A DNA stretch of 64,000 nt from an uncultured Chroococcidiopsis sp. (GCA_964248365.1 CAXTYC010000005.1:32001-96000), one strand, 5' to 3'. Shown: positions 20,295 through 30,298, counted from the first letter of the stretch. Made by a program: numbers and translations. Notes: generated from the letters alone by a model not told the origin.

Positions 20295-22784
20295 ATGAAG
20301 CGGCGGGAATTTCAAAGACGGGTAGCAGGGGCGATCGCAGGCTGGGGATTAATAGATGCTGCTTGGTTACGTTATGGCGTAGACGCGGCAGCGGCAAGCC
20401 GCAGGTATCCCTACTACCAAGTTGCCCCCCCCACAGGGCGTAAGTTAGCCCTGTTAGTGGGTATCAATCAATACCCATCTACCCAGTCTCTAAATGGTTG
20501 TCTCACCGATGTGGAATTACAAAGAGAACTGTTAATCCATCGCTTTGGTTTTAAAGCTGCTGATATTCTCACCCTGACAGAGCAACAAGCAACTAGGCAG
20601 CAGATTGAAACTGCTTTCTTAGAACATTTAATTGGGCAAGCTCAACCAGATGATGTGGTAGTCTTCCACTTTAGTGGTTATGGTCGTCGTGTCGAGAAGA
20701 GAGCTGAGGGATCTGAGGGAGAAAAGCCTGTCGCGTACAACAGCTTGGTTGCTGTCGATGGTGAGGATTTGCTGGATGAAACACTTTGGCTACTGCTGCG
20801 ATCGCTCTCGACAAAACACATCACTACAATTTTAGATACCAGTTTCAATGCCTGGGGTAAAATTCTCCCAGGCAACCTGCTAATTCGTTCTTTTCCTCAA
20901 GCAGTCCAAGGGCAGATCAGTGAAGCCGAACTAGACTTTCAAAAACAGATCCAGCAAAACTCAAAGTTCAAAACTTCCATCATGCCAGGAGTTATCCTCC
21001 TAGCAGCAGGCTCAACCGGAGCAGCTACTGAAGCGAAATGGAATGGTTTTAGTGCTGGATTATTTACTTATGCCTTAACACAGTACCTTTGGGAAACAAC
21101 TAAGGCAACTACTGTGCAAGTTAGTCTCAGCCGCACCTGGAGCGTAGTAGATCGGATAGTGGGCAATCAACAGCCCCAGCCTCTTGAGCAAAAAAATCAA
21201 GATCAGTTTGACTTTGTCTATCATTTGACTCCTGAACCCAACATCAGTGCTAATGGCGTAGTTAAGCTTGTAGAAGAAGACGGCAAAACAGTACAACTGT
21301 GGCTAGCAGGAATATTGCCAACAGTTTTGGAATACTACGAAGTAGGCTCTAAGCTCACCCTAGTTCCTCTACAAGCAGGGGAGCAGGGGAGAGGGGGAGT
21401 AGGGGAGAGGGGGAGCAAAGAAGAAATTTTAATCCCTTATCCAAAATCTAAAATCCAAAATTCCCTAGCCTCTAGCCCCCAGCCCCCAGCCCCCCCTCTG
21501 TTACAAATGCGATCGCGTGCTGGTTTAATCGCCAAAGCCCAAATTGTTGGTGATAGCAATAGATCGGTTCAAGTCGGGCAACTTGTTCAGGAAGCTGTCA
21601 GAGTTTTACCTCGCAATATTCGCTTAACCATCGCTCTTGATCCGAATTTAGAAAGAATTGAGCGTGTGGATGCTACTAGTGCATTTGCTGCTATTCCTTA
21701 TGTATCATTAGTAACAGCAGGAGAACAGCTAATAGACTATGTCTTTGGTCGAGTACCAGAGACAAAACCGCCAGAAACACCAACAACTCAATTAAGTGCA
21801 TCGTCTGCAAGTCGCTACGGTCTATTTTCCCTCGCTCAAAAACTTATCCCTAATACTGGGGGAGAATGGGGAGAAGCGGTGAAAGTAGCAGTACAGCGAT
21901 TATCTCCTAAACTGCAAACATTGCTAGCTGCAAAGTTATGGCGATTAACAACCAATGAAGGTTCTTCACTACTGAATGTTAAGGCAACGCTAGAGATAGC
22001 GGAAAGTGGGGGGGTTTTTAGAGATGGGGAAACCCCATCGGGTGGCAAACTTTTCAAGACAATCAATACCCCAAATCAGGTGCTAATGCAACGAGAAACA
22101 CAGCGTTCTCAAAAGCAGGAACCTATATGGGCGAGTAAACAGTCAAAAAAACTATTTTCTACTCCTGTAAGGGCGGATTTTTCCGAGATACCTTTGATTA
22201 AACCAGCACAATCAAACTCGTCCCTACAACTGTCTGCTTCCTCCCAGATTCTGATCCCCATTGGTAGCCGCATTCAATATCGAGTGCATAACGACGGCGA
22301 TCGCCTCCTCTACCTGCTTTTACTCGGTTTAGATAGCAGCAAAAATGCGATCGCTCTTTTTTCTGGCAAACCAGATCCCACTGTTAATAATACAAACCCG
22401 AAACCACTACTAATAGATGTAGCGATCGCCCCTGGAGAAACGCTAATTATACCACCTCCTGCTGTTGATTTTGAATGGGTAATTCACAAACCAACTGGAC
22501 TAGCAGAACATCAATTAATTTTCAGCACTGCTAAATTCACCACTACCTTAGCAGCGCTTGGCATCGCGGGGCAAACTACAGAAGATCATCAATATATAGG
22601 TGCGTTATCAAACCCCCTTGAAGTAGCACAAGCAATAATGCAAGACTTGCACCGAGCCTGTGCGATCGCCAAAGCGCAAACCCCCACCAGCAACACACCC
22701 GAAGCAGCCAGTTCCCCTACTGACACTTATTGGCTAGATGTAAATCAATGGGCAAGTCTTAGCTTTGTTTACCAAGTAACATGA
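20295..22784 (+). CDS. Caspase-family (pseudo-orthocaspase) protein with Tat-like signal and C-terminal DUF4384-like region
   Basis: KLALLVGINQY, LNGCLTDV, FHFSGYG (His to Tyr), ILDTS (Cys to Ser); MKRREF N-terminus. Confidence 0.85.
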   Translation: MKRREFQRRVAGAIAGWGLIDAAWLRYGVDAAAASRRYPYYQVAPPTGRKLALLVGINQYPSTQSLNGCLTDVELQRELLIHRFGFKAADILTLTEQQATRQQIETAFLEHLIGQAQPDDVVVFHFSGYGRRVEKRAEGSEGEKPVAYNSLVAVDGEDLLDETLWLLLRSLSTKHITTILDTSFNAWGKILPGNLLIRSFPQAVQGQISEAELDFQKQIQQNSKFKTSIMPGVILLAAGSTGAATEAKWNGFSAGLFTYALTQYLWETTKATTVQVSLSRTWSVVDRIVGNQQPQPLEQKNQDQFDFVYHLTPEPNISANGVVKLVEEDGKTVQLWLAGILPTVLEYYEVGSKLTLVPLQAGEQGRGGVGERGSKEEILIPYPKSKIQNSLASSPQPPAPPLLQMRSRAGLIAKAQIVGDSNRSVQVGQLVQEAVRVLPRNIRLTIALDPNLERIERVDATSAFAAIPYVSLVTAGEQLIDYVFGRVPETKPPETPTTQLSASSASRYGLFSLAQKLIPNTGGEWGEAVKVAVQRLSPKLQTLLAAKLWRLTTNEGSSLLNVKATLEIAESGGVFRDGETPSGGKLFKTINTPNQVLMQRETQRSQKQEPIWASKQSKKLFSTPVRADFSEIPLIKPAQSNSSLQLSASSQILIPIGSRIQYRVHNDGDRLLYLLLLGLDSSKNAIALFSGKPDPTVNNTNPKPLLIDVAIAPGETLIIPPPAVDFEWVIHKPTGLAEHQLIFSTAKFTTTLAALGIAGQTTEDHQYIGALSNPLEVAQAIMQDLHRACAIAKAQTPTSNTPEAASSPTDTYWLDVNQWASLSFVYQVT

Positions 22785-22785
22785 A

Positions 22786-22880
22786 AATTCGTAATTCGTA
22801 ATTCGTAATTCGTAATTAATGATTCTCCCCCTCTCCCCCTCTCCCTAGCCCCTGGTTCCTCTAGCCTCTTGCCTCTCGCC
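22786..22880. repeat. STRR tract (AATTCGT)x4 plus CTAGCCC-like repeats
   Basis: Directly visible tandem heptamers between convergent genes. Confidence 0.85.
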
Positions 22881-23363
22881 TTTAAAATATCCTTCCCAAG
22901 TTTCCACCAGTTCCCCTGCGGCGGCTGTTCCCTCAGCAGGAAACATACCAATAAATTCTTTATCTGTACTAGAGTCATAAGGTCCTTCTTTGAGTTCCAG
23001 AATAATAGTATCTGGAGCTAAAGCAACTAGGGTGTGATAAGTCCCTTCCGCTAGTTCAATTCCACGCACCTCACCATTAGCACTAATTAGCTCTCGATGG
23101 AGAATTTGACCACTTTCATCCAGAATAATTATTCCTAGTTTGCCTTGGCAAACCAAAAAAAACTCAAACCCATTTACTCCACTAACTCGACAATGGCGGT
23201 GTGGACGAATGTAAGTACCAGGCTGGAGGACGTTGATAAAGCGTTGAACTTTTTCTGATGAGTCGTGCAAGTTGTAGTTCTGACGTAGACGCGGACTACT
23301 ACGAGCTTGCTGAGCAATATTATCCAGCAATTCTTGACTAAGGCGCTTGATCGATGGATACAC
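22845..23363 (-). CDS. WbuC-family cupin metalloprotein
   Basis: SPRLRQNYNLH, QPGTYIRPHRH, GTYHTLVAL, ELKEGPY. Confidence 0.85.
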   Translation of the reverse strand: MYPSIKRLSQELLDNIAQQARSSPRLRQNYNLHDSSEKVQRFINVLQPGTYIRPHRHCRVSGVNGFEFFLVCQGKLGIIILDESGQILHRELISANGEVRGIELAEGTYHTLVALAPDTIILELKEGPYDSSTDKEFIGMFPAEGTAAAGELVETWEGYFKGERQEARGTRG

Positions 23364-23484
23364 CAGGTAAATCTCCTTTAGGTAACATACACTAGCACAA
23401 TTCTAAAATCAACCAACTGCTCTATTTAGAAATTTACCTAATTAGCGGCGAGTAGCAAAGGGCTGTAAGATTGCTGCTGTAATT

Positions 23485-23493
23485 GGGAATACT
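23485..23493 (+). promoter_or_regulatory. Putative SigJ/SigF-type extended -10 box (GGGAATACT) upstream of the chemosensory cluster
   Basis: Exact GGGAATACT about 130 nt upstream of cheR, correct strand, intergenic. Confidence 0.6.
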
Positions 23494-23620
23494 AAATAAA
23501 AGCGATTAGCCATGTAAGAAGAACTAGTGACTGGTGACTAGTGGCTAGGGGCTAGGTTTTTCTAGTCACTAGCCATCGGTTCCACTAGCCACTGAGAAAG
23601 CCCTAGCCCCTTTCTTAGAG

Positions 23621-25183
23621 GTGTCAATGAATAATGTAATTATGCAAAACTTGATTCAATTGATTTCTACTTATACGGGTTTACAGATTCGTGAACAAGA
23701 TCAAATTCATTTCTGTAACAAAATTTCATCACGTATGAAAGTTTTAAAATTGAATACACCACAAGAATATTATCAACTGCTATTAAGTATTAGTAAAAAT
23801 TCCGAAAATTTTACAGACAAAAATAATAGAAATGAATGGAAAGAGCTATTACTATTATTAACAACAGGCGAAACTTATTTTTTTCGGGATCAAGGACAGC
23901 TTAATTTATTAAAAAATAAATTAATTCCTGAATTAATCGCAAACAAAATAAAAACTTGTGAACTAGGTGGAAATAAAAAACCGTCTTTGAAAATTTGGAG
24001 TGCTGGATGCTCCAGTGGTGAAGAGCCTTATTCTCTTGCTATTATTGTCAAAGAATTAATTCCTGATTTAAATGAGTGGAATATTTCAATTTTAGGAACA
24101 GATATTAATCGAGAATCTATAGCAAAAGCGGAAAAAGGAATGTATGATACTTGGTCTTTTCGGCAAGTAAATCCTCAAATACAAAAGCAATATTTTCATC
24201 AAAGAAAGATGCGTTGGGAAATTGACGAGCAAATTCGGAAAATGGTTAAATTCCGTTGTATGAATTTGTTTCAAGAAGCATTTCCAAGTCAGGTGACTGA
24301 AATCCAAAATATAGATGTTATCATCTGCCGTAATGTTTTTATATATTTTAACTCAGGAGCGATCGCTACTGTTTTAGAAAAGTTTTATCACACCCTTACT
24401 CCTGGTGGATATCTGATCGCTGGACACGCTGAACTTCATGGGCAAAATTTAGGTAAACTACAGCAGAAGGCTTTTCCAGAATCAGTAGTTTATCACCGTA
24501 GTGATTTACAAGTTGCATCAACTGGGGTAACTAATTTTTCTCATGCAAATTTACTCAAACAGTCATTTACTCAGTCAGATACTACTATTAAACAAAAGTT
24601 TCCTGTCCAAAACTTGAATAATTCTAATGTTGCTTTAATTAGGACTCAAACACAGAGGCGATCGCCCCTTTTGACTGATTTAGCCCAATCATCTGAGTCA
24701 GTTTTGAGTTGGGCAAAAGAATTGTTTAATTCTGGTGAATATACTAGAGCAATTCAAACCGCACAACAATTGCTCCAGCAGCATCCCAAACATTTTGAGG
24801 CTCATTGTCTCCTAGCCCAAGCTTGGGCTAATTTAGGAGATTATAAACAAGCATCTGACTCGTGTCAACAAGCACTACAAATAGATAATTTATCAGAAAA
24901 GCCATATTATATTTTAGCGCATATTGCCGAAGAAAAAGGGGACATTGAGCAAGCTAAAGCTTTGTTTAAAAAAATTATTTATCTTGCACCTTCATCTGTA
25001 GGCGCATATCTTGAAATTAGTTTTCTTTATACCAAAGAAGGAGATCATAACAGAGCTAAAAAGATGCTAACTACAGCCTTAGATTTCCTTAAAAATGTTT
25101 CAGATATCCCAATAGAATCTTATCACCAAACTCCAGCTAGCGAGTTAATTTTACAAATTGAAGATATGTTAACAACAATATAA
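23621..25183 (+). CDS. cheR: CheR methyltransferase with C-terminal TPR (WspC-like)
   Basis: TTGETYFFRD, WSAGCSSGEEPYS, GTDIN, CRNVFIYF, TPR repeats; AT-rich. Confidence 0.93.
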   Translation: MSMNNVIMQNLIQLISTYTGLQIREQDQIHFCNKISSRMKVLKLNTPQEYYQLLLSISKNSENFTDKNNRNEWKELLLLLTTGETYFFRDQGQLNLLKNKLIPELIANKIKTCELGGNKKPSLKIWSAGCSSGEEPYSLAIIVKELIPDLNEWNISILGTDINRESIAKAEKGMYDTWSFRQVNPQIQKQYFHQRKMRWEIDEQIRKMVKFRCMNLFQEAFPSQVTEIQNIDVIICRNVFIYFNSGAIATVLEKFYHTLTPGGYLIAGHAELHGQNLGKLQQKAFPESVVYHRSDLQVASTGVTNFSHANLLKQSFTQSDTTIKQKFPVQNLNNSNVALIRTQTQRRSPLLTDLAQSSESVLSWAKELFNSGEYTRAIQTAQQLLQQHPKHFEAHCLLAQAWANLGDYKQASDSCQQALQIDNLSEKPYYILAHIAEEKGDIEQAKALFKKIIYLAPSSVGAYLEISFLYTKEGDHNRAKKMLTTALDFLKNVSDIPIESYHQTPASELILQIEDMLTTI

Positions 25184-25610
25184 TTATTTTGCCACTCATG
25201 CCCACCTTAATTAAGTAAATTAATAATAATTTATGCTATTTATTTTGCATTTTACGCAGTTTGCCGCCCATGCCCACCTTAATTAAGTAAGTTGCCTTTT
25301 TGGCAAAAAGTTGTAAAGTTATAACAGTGGAAATAAAAAATTATAACAGCTCGTCTTATAGATTAGGACAAGTCAATTTACTATGAGTTTTATTGTGTAA
25401 GACTTTTAACCTACTCCAAGACGAGCTGCTAAGCTAATCGTCATCAAAGCTTGCATATCTGTAATGTGAGGGAGACCCACGACAGGAGACCCTTCACAAC
25501 TTCACAACTTCACAACTCCTAAAACGACTATCTTTTGTGCAACGGTAGTGAACATTAGCTTATAAAAGGTTGTCAAATTAAATATTTTGGCTAATGTTTA
25601 AATATCTACA

Positions 25611-25919
25611 ATTGGTGTAGGTGGTGGTGTGATTATAGTTACACTACAAATGTTGCTACTACGAGAGCAAATCAAAGTAGCAATTCAAACTAGCCTGGGT
25701 GTAATTATTATTACTGCTGTATCTACTTGTATCGGACATACTTTAAAGGGAAATGTTTTGTTTATTCCTGGTGTGCTTCTGGGAATAGGTGATTTAATTG
25801 GAGCGCAGATTAGTACTCGCGTTTTACCCAGGCTACTAGATAGAACTGTTAGCTTTGTCTTTCGGCTTTTTCTAGGAATACTGTCAATATATGTTTTTTG
25901 GCAAGCCTGGAATAGTTAG
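25611..25919 (+). pseudogene. Truncated sulfite exporter TauE/SafE (C-terminal half only)
   Basis: IGVGGGVII...AIQTSLGVI...GAQIST motif; no N-terminal half upstream. Confidence 0.75.
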
Positions 25920-26230
25920 AGTGCAGATGAGGATGGGTTAGTAGTAGCTTACGTTATTACCGCACCTTAGTAACATGAAATTTTCACATTTTTTGACATA
26001 ACCCTGAGATGATTAGTCAATGTTTCTGCTGGCTCAGTACTGTAATAACACTGAGATGAATCATCTTAGCTTAATAATTCGGTAATGATACCGAACCAGT
26101 TATTTTTTATTATTTGCCATACTAAGAGCGCAAACGTCTAGCATAACTCCTAAGAAAAAAATTCAAATATTACTTAGCCGTAAGCAATTATTCTTAAGGC
26201 TGGTAATATTATGACTTAAATTGGTTGATT

Positions 26231-27388
26231 ATGACTCAAAATCAATACCAAACTCAACAATTACCTAACCTGCTCGAAGCTTTACAAAATAAACAAGTCA
26301 GTGGAGTTTTGTACTTAGATAGTGAAATAAATTCTGCTCAAAAGCTAAGACATCGCATCTTGATTTGGAAAGATGGTCGCATGATCTATGGTGGTAGTAA
26401 AGTTCCAGATCCTATAAGCTTAGTTAAAACGCTGGAACAGAAATTAAGTCGAGAATGGATTTCTTCGGTTATAGCTTTTGCTATGCGGCAAGCGACAGAT
26501 CAAACATCAATTCGATCGCTATTAGAACGATTGGTTGAAATGCAACTTTTTAGTTGGGAACAAATTGAAAATGTAGTTTATAACCAACTTGTATTAACTT
26601 TAGAACAAGTATTACCTTATGGTGGAAAATTTCGATTTGATAGCAATACACAATTTAACTTTTGTCGGGGAGTTGAATTATCTAGGTTGATGGTAGATAT
26701 ATCTCAACGTCAGGAACACTGGTTTAACTTGAAACCTTTGATTCCCTCAATGGATGCAGTACCACAACTGGGGGAGAATCTACAAACAATTACCGAGCAA
26801 AACGTGCGAAATCATTTGCAGGAATGGGTTGATGGGCAGCGATCGCTCGTTGATATTGCCGAAGGATTGAATAAAGATCCCTTAAGCATAGCGAAATCTT
26901 ATATGCATTGGGTGCAGTCAGGTTGGGTAGTTATGGAAGATAACAATACACCCAATAATTTACAGACTGAATTACCAATAATTCTATCTGTGGATGATAG
27001 TGCTGTGATGCAAGAACTAATCAAAAGAGCGCTAGCTAGTTATTGCAATGTTATCGCCGCCAGTAATGCTGTAGATGCCTTGAACTTACTCTATCGTGAG
27101 AATATTTCCCTACTATTGCTTGATGTTTCAATGCCAGATATTGATGGTTTAGAACTATGCCGTACTATACGTAGTATTGATCAGTTCCGCGAGATACCGA
27201 TCATTATGGTGACAGCTAGAGATGGTTTTTTTGATAAAGTCAAAGGGAAGTTTGCTGGTTCCAATGAATATTTAACCAAACCATTTGATGCTGAAAAGTT
27301 GCGTCATACAGTAAGTAAATTTATTAGCTTAGGTAGTTATAATTTTTATGATTATAAACTCGAAGTAGATATCTCAACTTCCAATTAA
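26231..27388 (+). CDS. PatA-type response regulator (PATAN/DUF4388 + receiver)
   Basis: N-terminal SGVLYL..IWKDGRMIYG, DGQRSLVDIA winged helix, receiver SVDDS/LLLDVSMP/TKPF. Confidence 0.85.
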   Translation: MTQNQYQTQQLPNLLEALQNKQVSGVLYLDSEINSAQKLRHRILIWKDGRMIYGGSKVPDPISLVKTLEQKLSREWISSVIAFAMRQATDQTSIRSLLERLVEMQLFSWEQIENVVYNQLVLTLEQVLPYGGKFRFDSNTQFNFCRGVELSRLMVDISQRQEHWFNLKPLIPSMDAVPQLGENLQTITEQNVRNHLQEWVDGQRSLVDIAEGLNKDPLSIAKSYMHWVQSGWVVMEDNNTPNNLQTELPIILSVDDSAVMQELIKRALASYCNVIAASNAVDALNLLYRENISLLLLDVSMPDIDGLELCRTIRSIDQFREIPIIMVTARDGFFDKVKGKFAGSNEYLTKPFDAEKLRHTVSKFISLGSYNFYDYKLEVDISTSN

Positions 27389-27616
27389 TTTAATAATATT
27401 GCTGAAGTTTTACTAAGTTAATGCAGGATTGTTTAAGATTTATAGGATTTGCATGCAACTAGTTATCAGTTACTAATTGTTGTGCTTCAAAAATCAAGTT
27501 TTTACTTCTAGACTCGTTCTAAGGCTAAGCCTTGGAACGGAAGTATTCAGCCTCCGAGTCAACTAAATACTGCTGCAAGGTACGAGACAACAGTCAATTG
27601 ATCCTCTTGGCTGAAT

Positions 27617-28744
27617 ATGTTGCATGACATAAATTTTTCAGAGCTAAAAACACTTATGGAAAAACCATTTATAACTTTCAGTTTACACGGTTTGCTTTAT
27701 GGAATAGATGCACTGTTAGTTCAAGAGATTTTCTATCTCCCAGAACTGACACCAATTGTCGAAGCACCCGATGACATTGTAGGGTTACTGAATTTGCGGG
27801 GTAAACTTTTACCTGTTATGCATCTAGCTCTACGATTAGGACAGCATCTACCCGAATGCAGTTTAAGTGATAGTGTTATCGTTTTGGCATGGGAAGAATT
27901 ACAGATTGGCATCATTGTCAATTCTGTAAATGAAGTAAAAAATATTAGTCCAGAATTCATAGAAAGCAAAATATCTTATGGACGAGAAAAAGGCATTAAT
28001 TCCAGATTTATAGCTGGTGTTGCTAAGCTCGATGCAGATTTGATTATGCTGCTTGCTCCAGAGATGTTGCTTTGCCATTCTGAAGAATTGGACACAGTGG
28101 AAGTTAAAAAAACTGATGATGATTTGATAGAAGAATACCCACATCAAGTTTCACCACCTAATAGTAAAGTATCAGAAAAATTAAACACAGTTAGCAATTT
28201 TTATGCCCGTTGTTGCCCGAATGCAACGCCAGCAGAAAAAGCAATTTTTCAAGATCGATCTGAAAACTTAAGACAATCTACACAAAGCTCAGATTTTTCT
28301 GGATTGATACCAATGGCGGTGATTGGTTTAAATGGCGAATACTTCGGGCTGGATCTGGAGGTAGTGCGAGAGTTCACCAGTCTGCGTAACGTTACTCCTA
28401 TTCCCTGCTGTCCCCCTCATGTTATCGGCAATATGAATTTGCGGGGTGAAATTGTCACTTTAGTTGATATTCGTACTACTTTACAGATGCCAATTGCTGC
28501 TAAAAGTACCTCGAAAGCGATTGTAATTCAGTTTGATGATGTGGTTGCTGGGTTGCCTGTTGATGAGGTATTTGATGTGTTGTATTTGCACCCGTTAGAT
28601 GTAAAACACATACCAGTAGCTATAGATTCTGGGAGTAATGAATTTCTCCGAGGTACTGCTTTCTACTCGGAAAAAATGCTGAGCATTCTTAATCTGCCCA
28701 AAATTCTCTCTCAAGGTGGGCTAGCTGTTAATCAAGAGGTTTAG
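27617..28744 (+). CDS. cheW: Tandem CheW-CheW adaptor
   Basis: Two NLRG motifs (GLLNLRGKLLPV; GNMNLRGEIVTLVD). Confidence 0.92.
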   Translation: MLHDINFSELKTLMEKPFITFSLHGLLYGIDALLVQEIFYLPELTPIVEAPDDIVGLLNLRGKLLPVMHLALRLGQHLPECSLSDSVIVLAWEELQIGIIVNSVNEVKNISPEFIESKISYGREKGINSRFIAGVAKLDADLIMLLAPEMLLCHSEELDTVEVKKTDDDLIEEYPHQVSPPNSKVSEKLNTVSNFYARCCPNATPAEKAIFQDRSENLRQSTQSSDFSGLIPMAVIGLNGEYFGLDLEVVREFTSLRNVTPIPCCPPHVIGNMNLRGEIVTLVDIRTTLQMPIAAKSTSKAIVIQFDDVVAGLPVDEVFDVLYLHPLDVKHIPVAIDSGSNEFLRGTAFYSEKMLSILNLPKILSQGGLAVNQEV

Positions 28745-28754
28745 ATAACTTGCT

Positions 28755-30107
28755 ATGAAAATTACTACTCAACTGCGAGTTACAACAATCGGGCTTTTTA
28801 TTTTTGCTATTAGCAATGTAGTTTCTGTTTATATTAATGCAGTAAAAAATGACAGCAGAGTAGTGAATTATGCAGGTATAGTCAGGGGAGCTACTCAAAG
28901 GCTGGTTAAATTAGAGATTACCGGAAAAAATAGTGATGATTTGATTGCCAAATTAGATAAGATAGTTAATGGATTAATTAAAGGCGATCGCACCCTAGAA
29001 TTACCGACAGCATCCGATGAAAAATTCCTTTCTAAAATGAAGGAAGTTGAAAGCGCCTGGCTAAATCTCAAGCAAACAATTGAGAAAGTAAGGCAAAATC
29101 CAAAATATCGTAACGAGCTGGTAAAGCAAAGCGAAGATTACTTTGAGTTAGCTAATCAAGCTGTATTTGCTGCTGAAAAATTCTCTCAAGAAAAAGCACA
29201 GAGATTACAAGCAATACAACTATTGATTTTTGCGCTCAATTTAATAACTTTAGGCATCATTTTAGTCATAGTTCGCAATATGGCATCAACTCTGCAAAAG
29301 TCTGTAAGTACTATTGCGGCTACTTCCACTCAAATTGCTTGTGCAATTGAACAACAGGAAAGAATCACTGTTCAACAAGCTATGTCTGTCAAGCAAGTAA
29401 CCAGCACTATGGATGAGTTAGATGCTTCTTCCCAGCAGTCAGCCGAGCAAGCAGAAGCATCAGCAGGGGGAGCAAGCCAAGCGTTAATACTAGCTGAGGG
29501 AGGAACTTTAGCTGTACAACATACTCTCAAAGAGATGTCGTTGCTTAAAGAAGATGTAGAGGCGATCGCGCAGCAAATCCTAAACCTCTCAGAACAAACC
29601 GATCAAATCGGTGGTATTTCAACTTTGGTAGCAGATTTAGCTAGCCAAACTAATATGCTAGCTCTCAACGCAGCTGTCGAAGCAGCACGAGCAGGAGAAA
29701 ACGGCAAAGGATTTGCAGTTGTAGCTGGGGAAATTCGCAAATTAGCCGAGCAAAGTAAGAAATCTGCTGACAAGATTAATACCCTTGTTACTGATATTCA
29801 ATCTGCCATTAATTCAACCGTAATGGTGACAGATAAAGGCACAAAAACAGTAGCAGAAGGAATGCAATTTACTCAAAAAACCGCAGCATCCTTCATTGGT
29901 GTGGCTGATTCTATCAATAATATCTTTTTGCACAGCCAACAAATTTCACTTAATGCCAAACAACAAGCACTTGCTACTGGGCAAGTGGTAACAGCTATGA
30001 ATAATCTCACCTTGGCAGCTGGGGAAACAGCAGGTGGCATTACTCAAATTAAAGTCGGTACTCAACAACTAAAAGAAGCAACACAGAATCTCAAAGCAAT
30101 GGTTTAG
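28755..30107 (+). CDS. Methyl-accepting chemotaxis protein with PilJ/NarX-like sensor domain
   Basis: Two TMs, VNYAGIVRGATQRL box, QTNMLALNAAVEAARAGENGKGFAVVA hairpin. Confidence 0.92.
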   Translation: MKITTQLRVTTIGLFIFAISNVVSVYINAVKNDSRVVNYAGIVRGATQRLVKLEITGKNSDDLIAKLDKIVNGLIKGDRTLELPTASDEKFLSKMKEVESAWLNLKQTIEKVRQNPKYRNELVKQSEDYFELANQAVFAAEKFSQEKAQRLQAIQLLIFALNLITLGIILVIVRNMASTLQKSVSTIAATSTQIACAIEQQERITVQQAMSVKQVTSTMDELDASSQQSAEQAEASAGGASQALILAEGGTLAVQHTLKEMSLLKEDVEAIAQQILNLSEQTDQIGGISTLVADLASQTNMLALNAAVEAARAGENGKGFAVVAGEIRKLAEQSKKSADKINTLVTDIQSAINSTVMVTDKGTKTVAEGMQFTQKTAASFIGVADSINNIFLHSQQISLNAKQQALATGQVVTAMNNLTLAAGETAGGITQIKVGTQQLKEATQNLKAMV

Positions 30108-30151
30108 TTGATTGTTCATATTCAGCGACACTCAATTATCAACTATAAACA

Positions 30152-30298
30152 CTAAACACTCAACTAATATAGGAAAAATAAAATGTTTAAGTCTACGTAG
30201 GGTGGGCAATGCCCACCATTATCAGAAGGAGTGGGCAGGGGTGACAAACTAAATCTAAACACTCAACTAATATAGGAAGAATAAAATGTTTAAGTCTA
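30152..30298 (+). repeat. 44-bp direct duplication of RBS/start region flanking a REP palindrome
   Basis: 30152-30195 versus 30255-30298, one mismatch. Confidence 0.9.

Noticed and set aside
25188..25290. Two ~31-bp repeats with a ~41-bp spacer as a CRISPR mini-array
   Set aside because: Only two units, no cas genes in the window, no typical CRISPR repeat ends; the repeat contains a REP half-site
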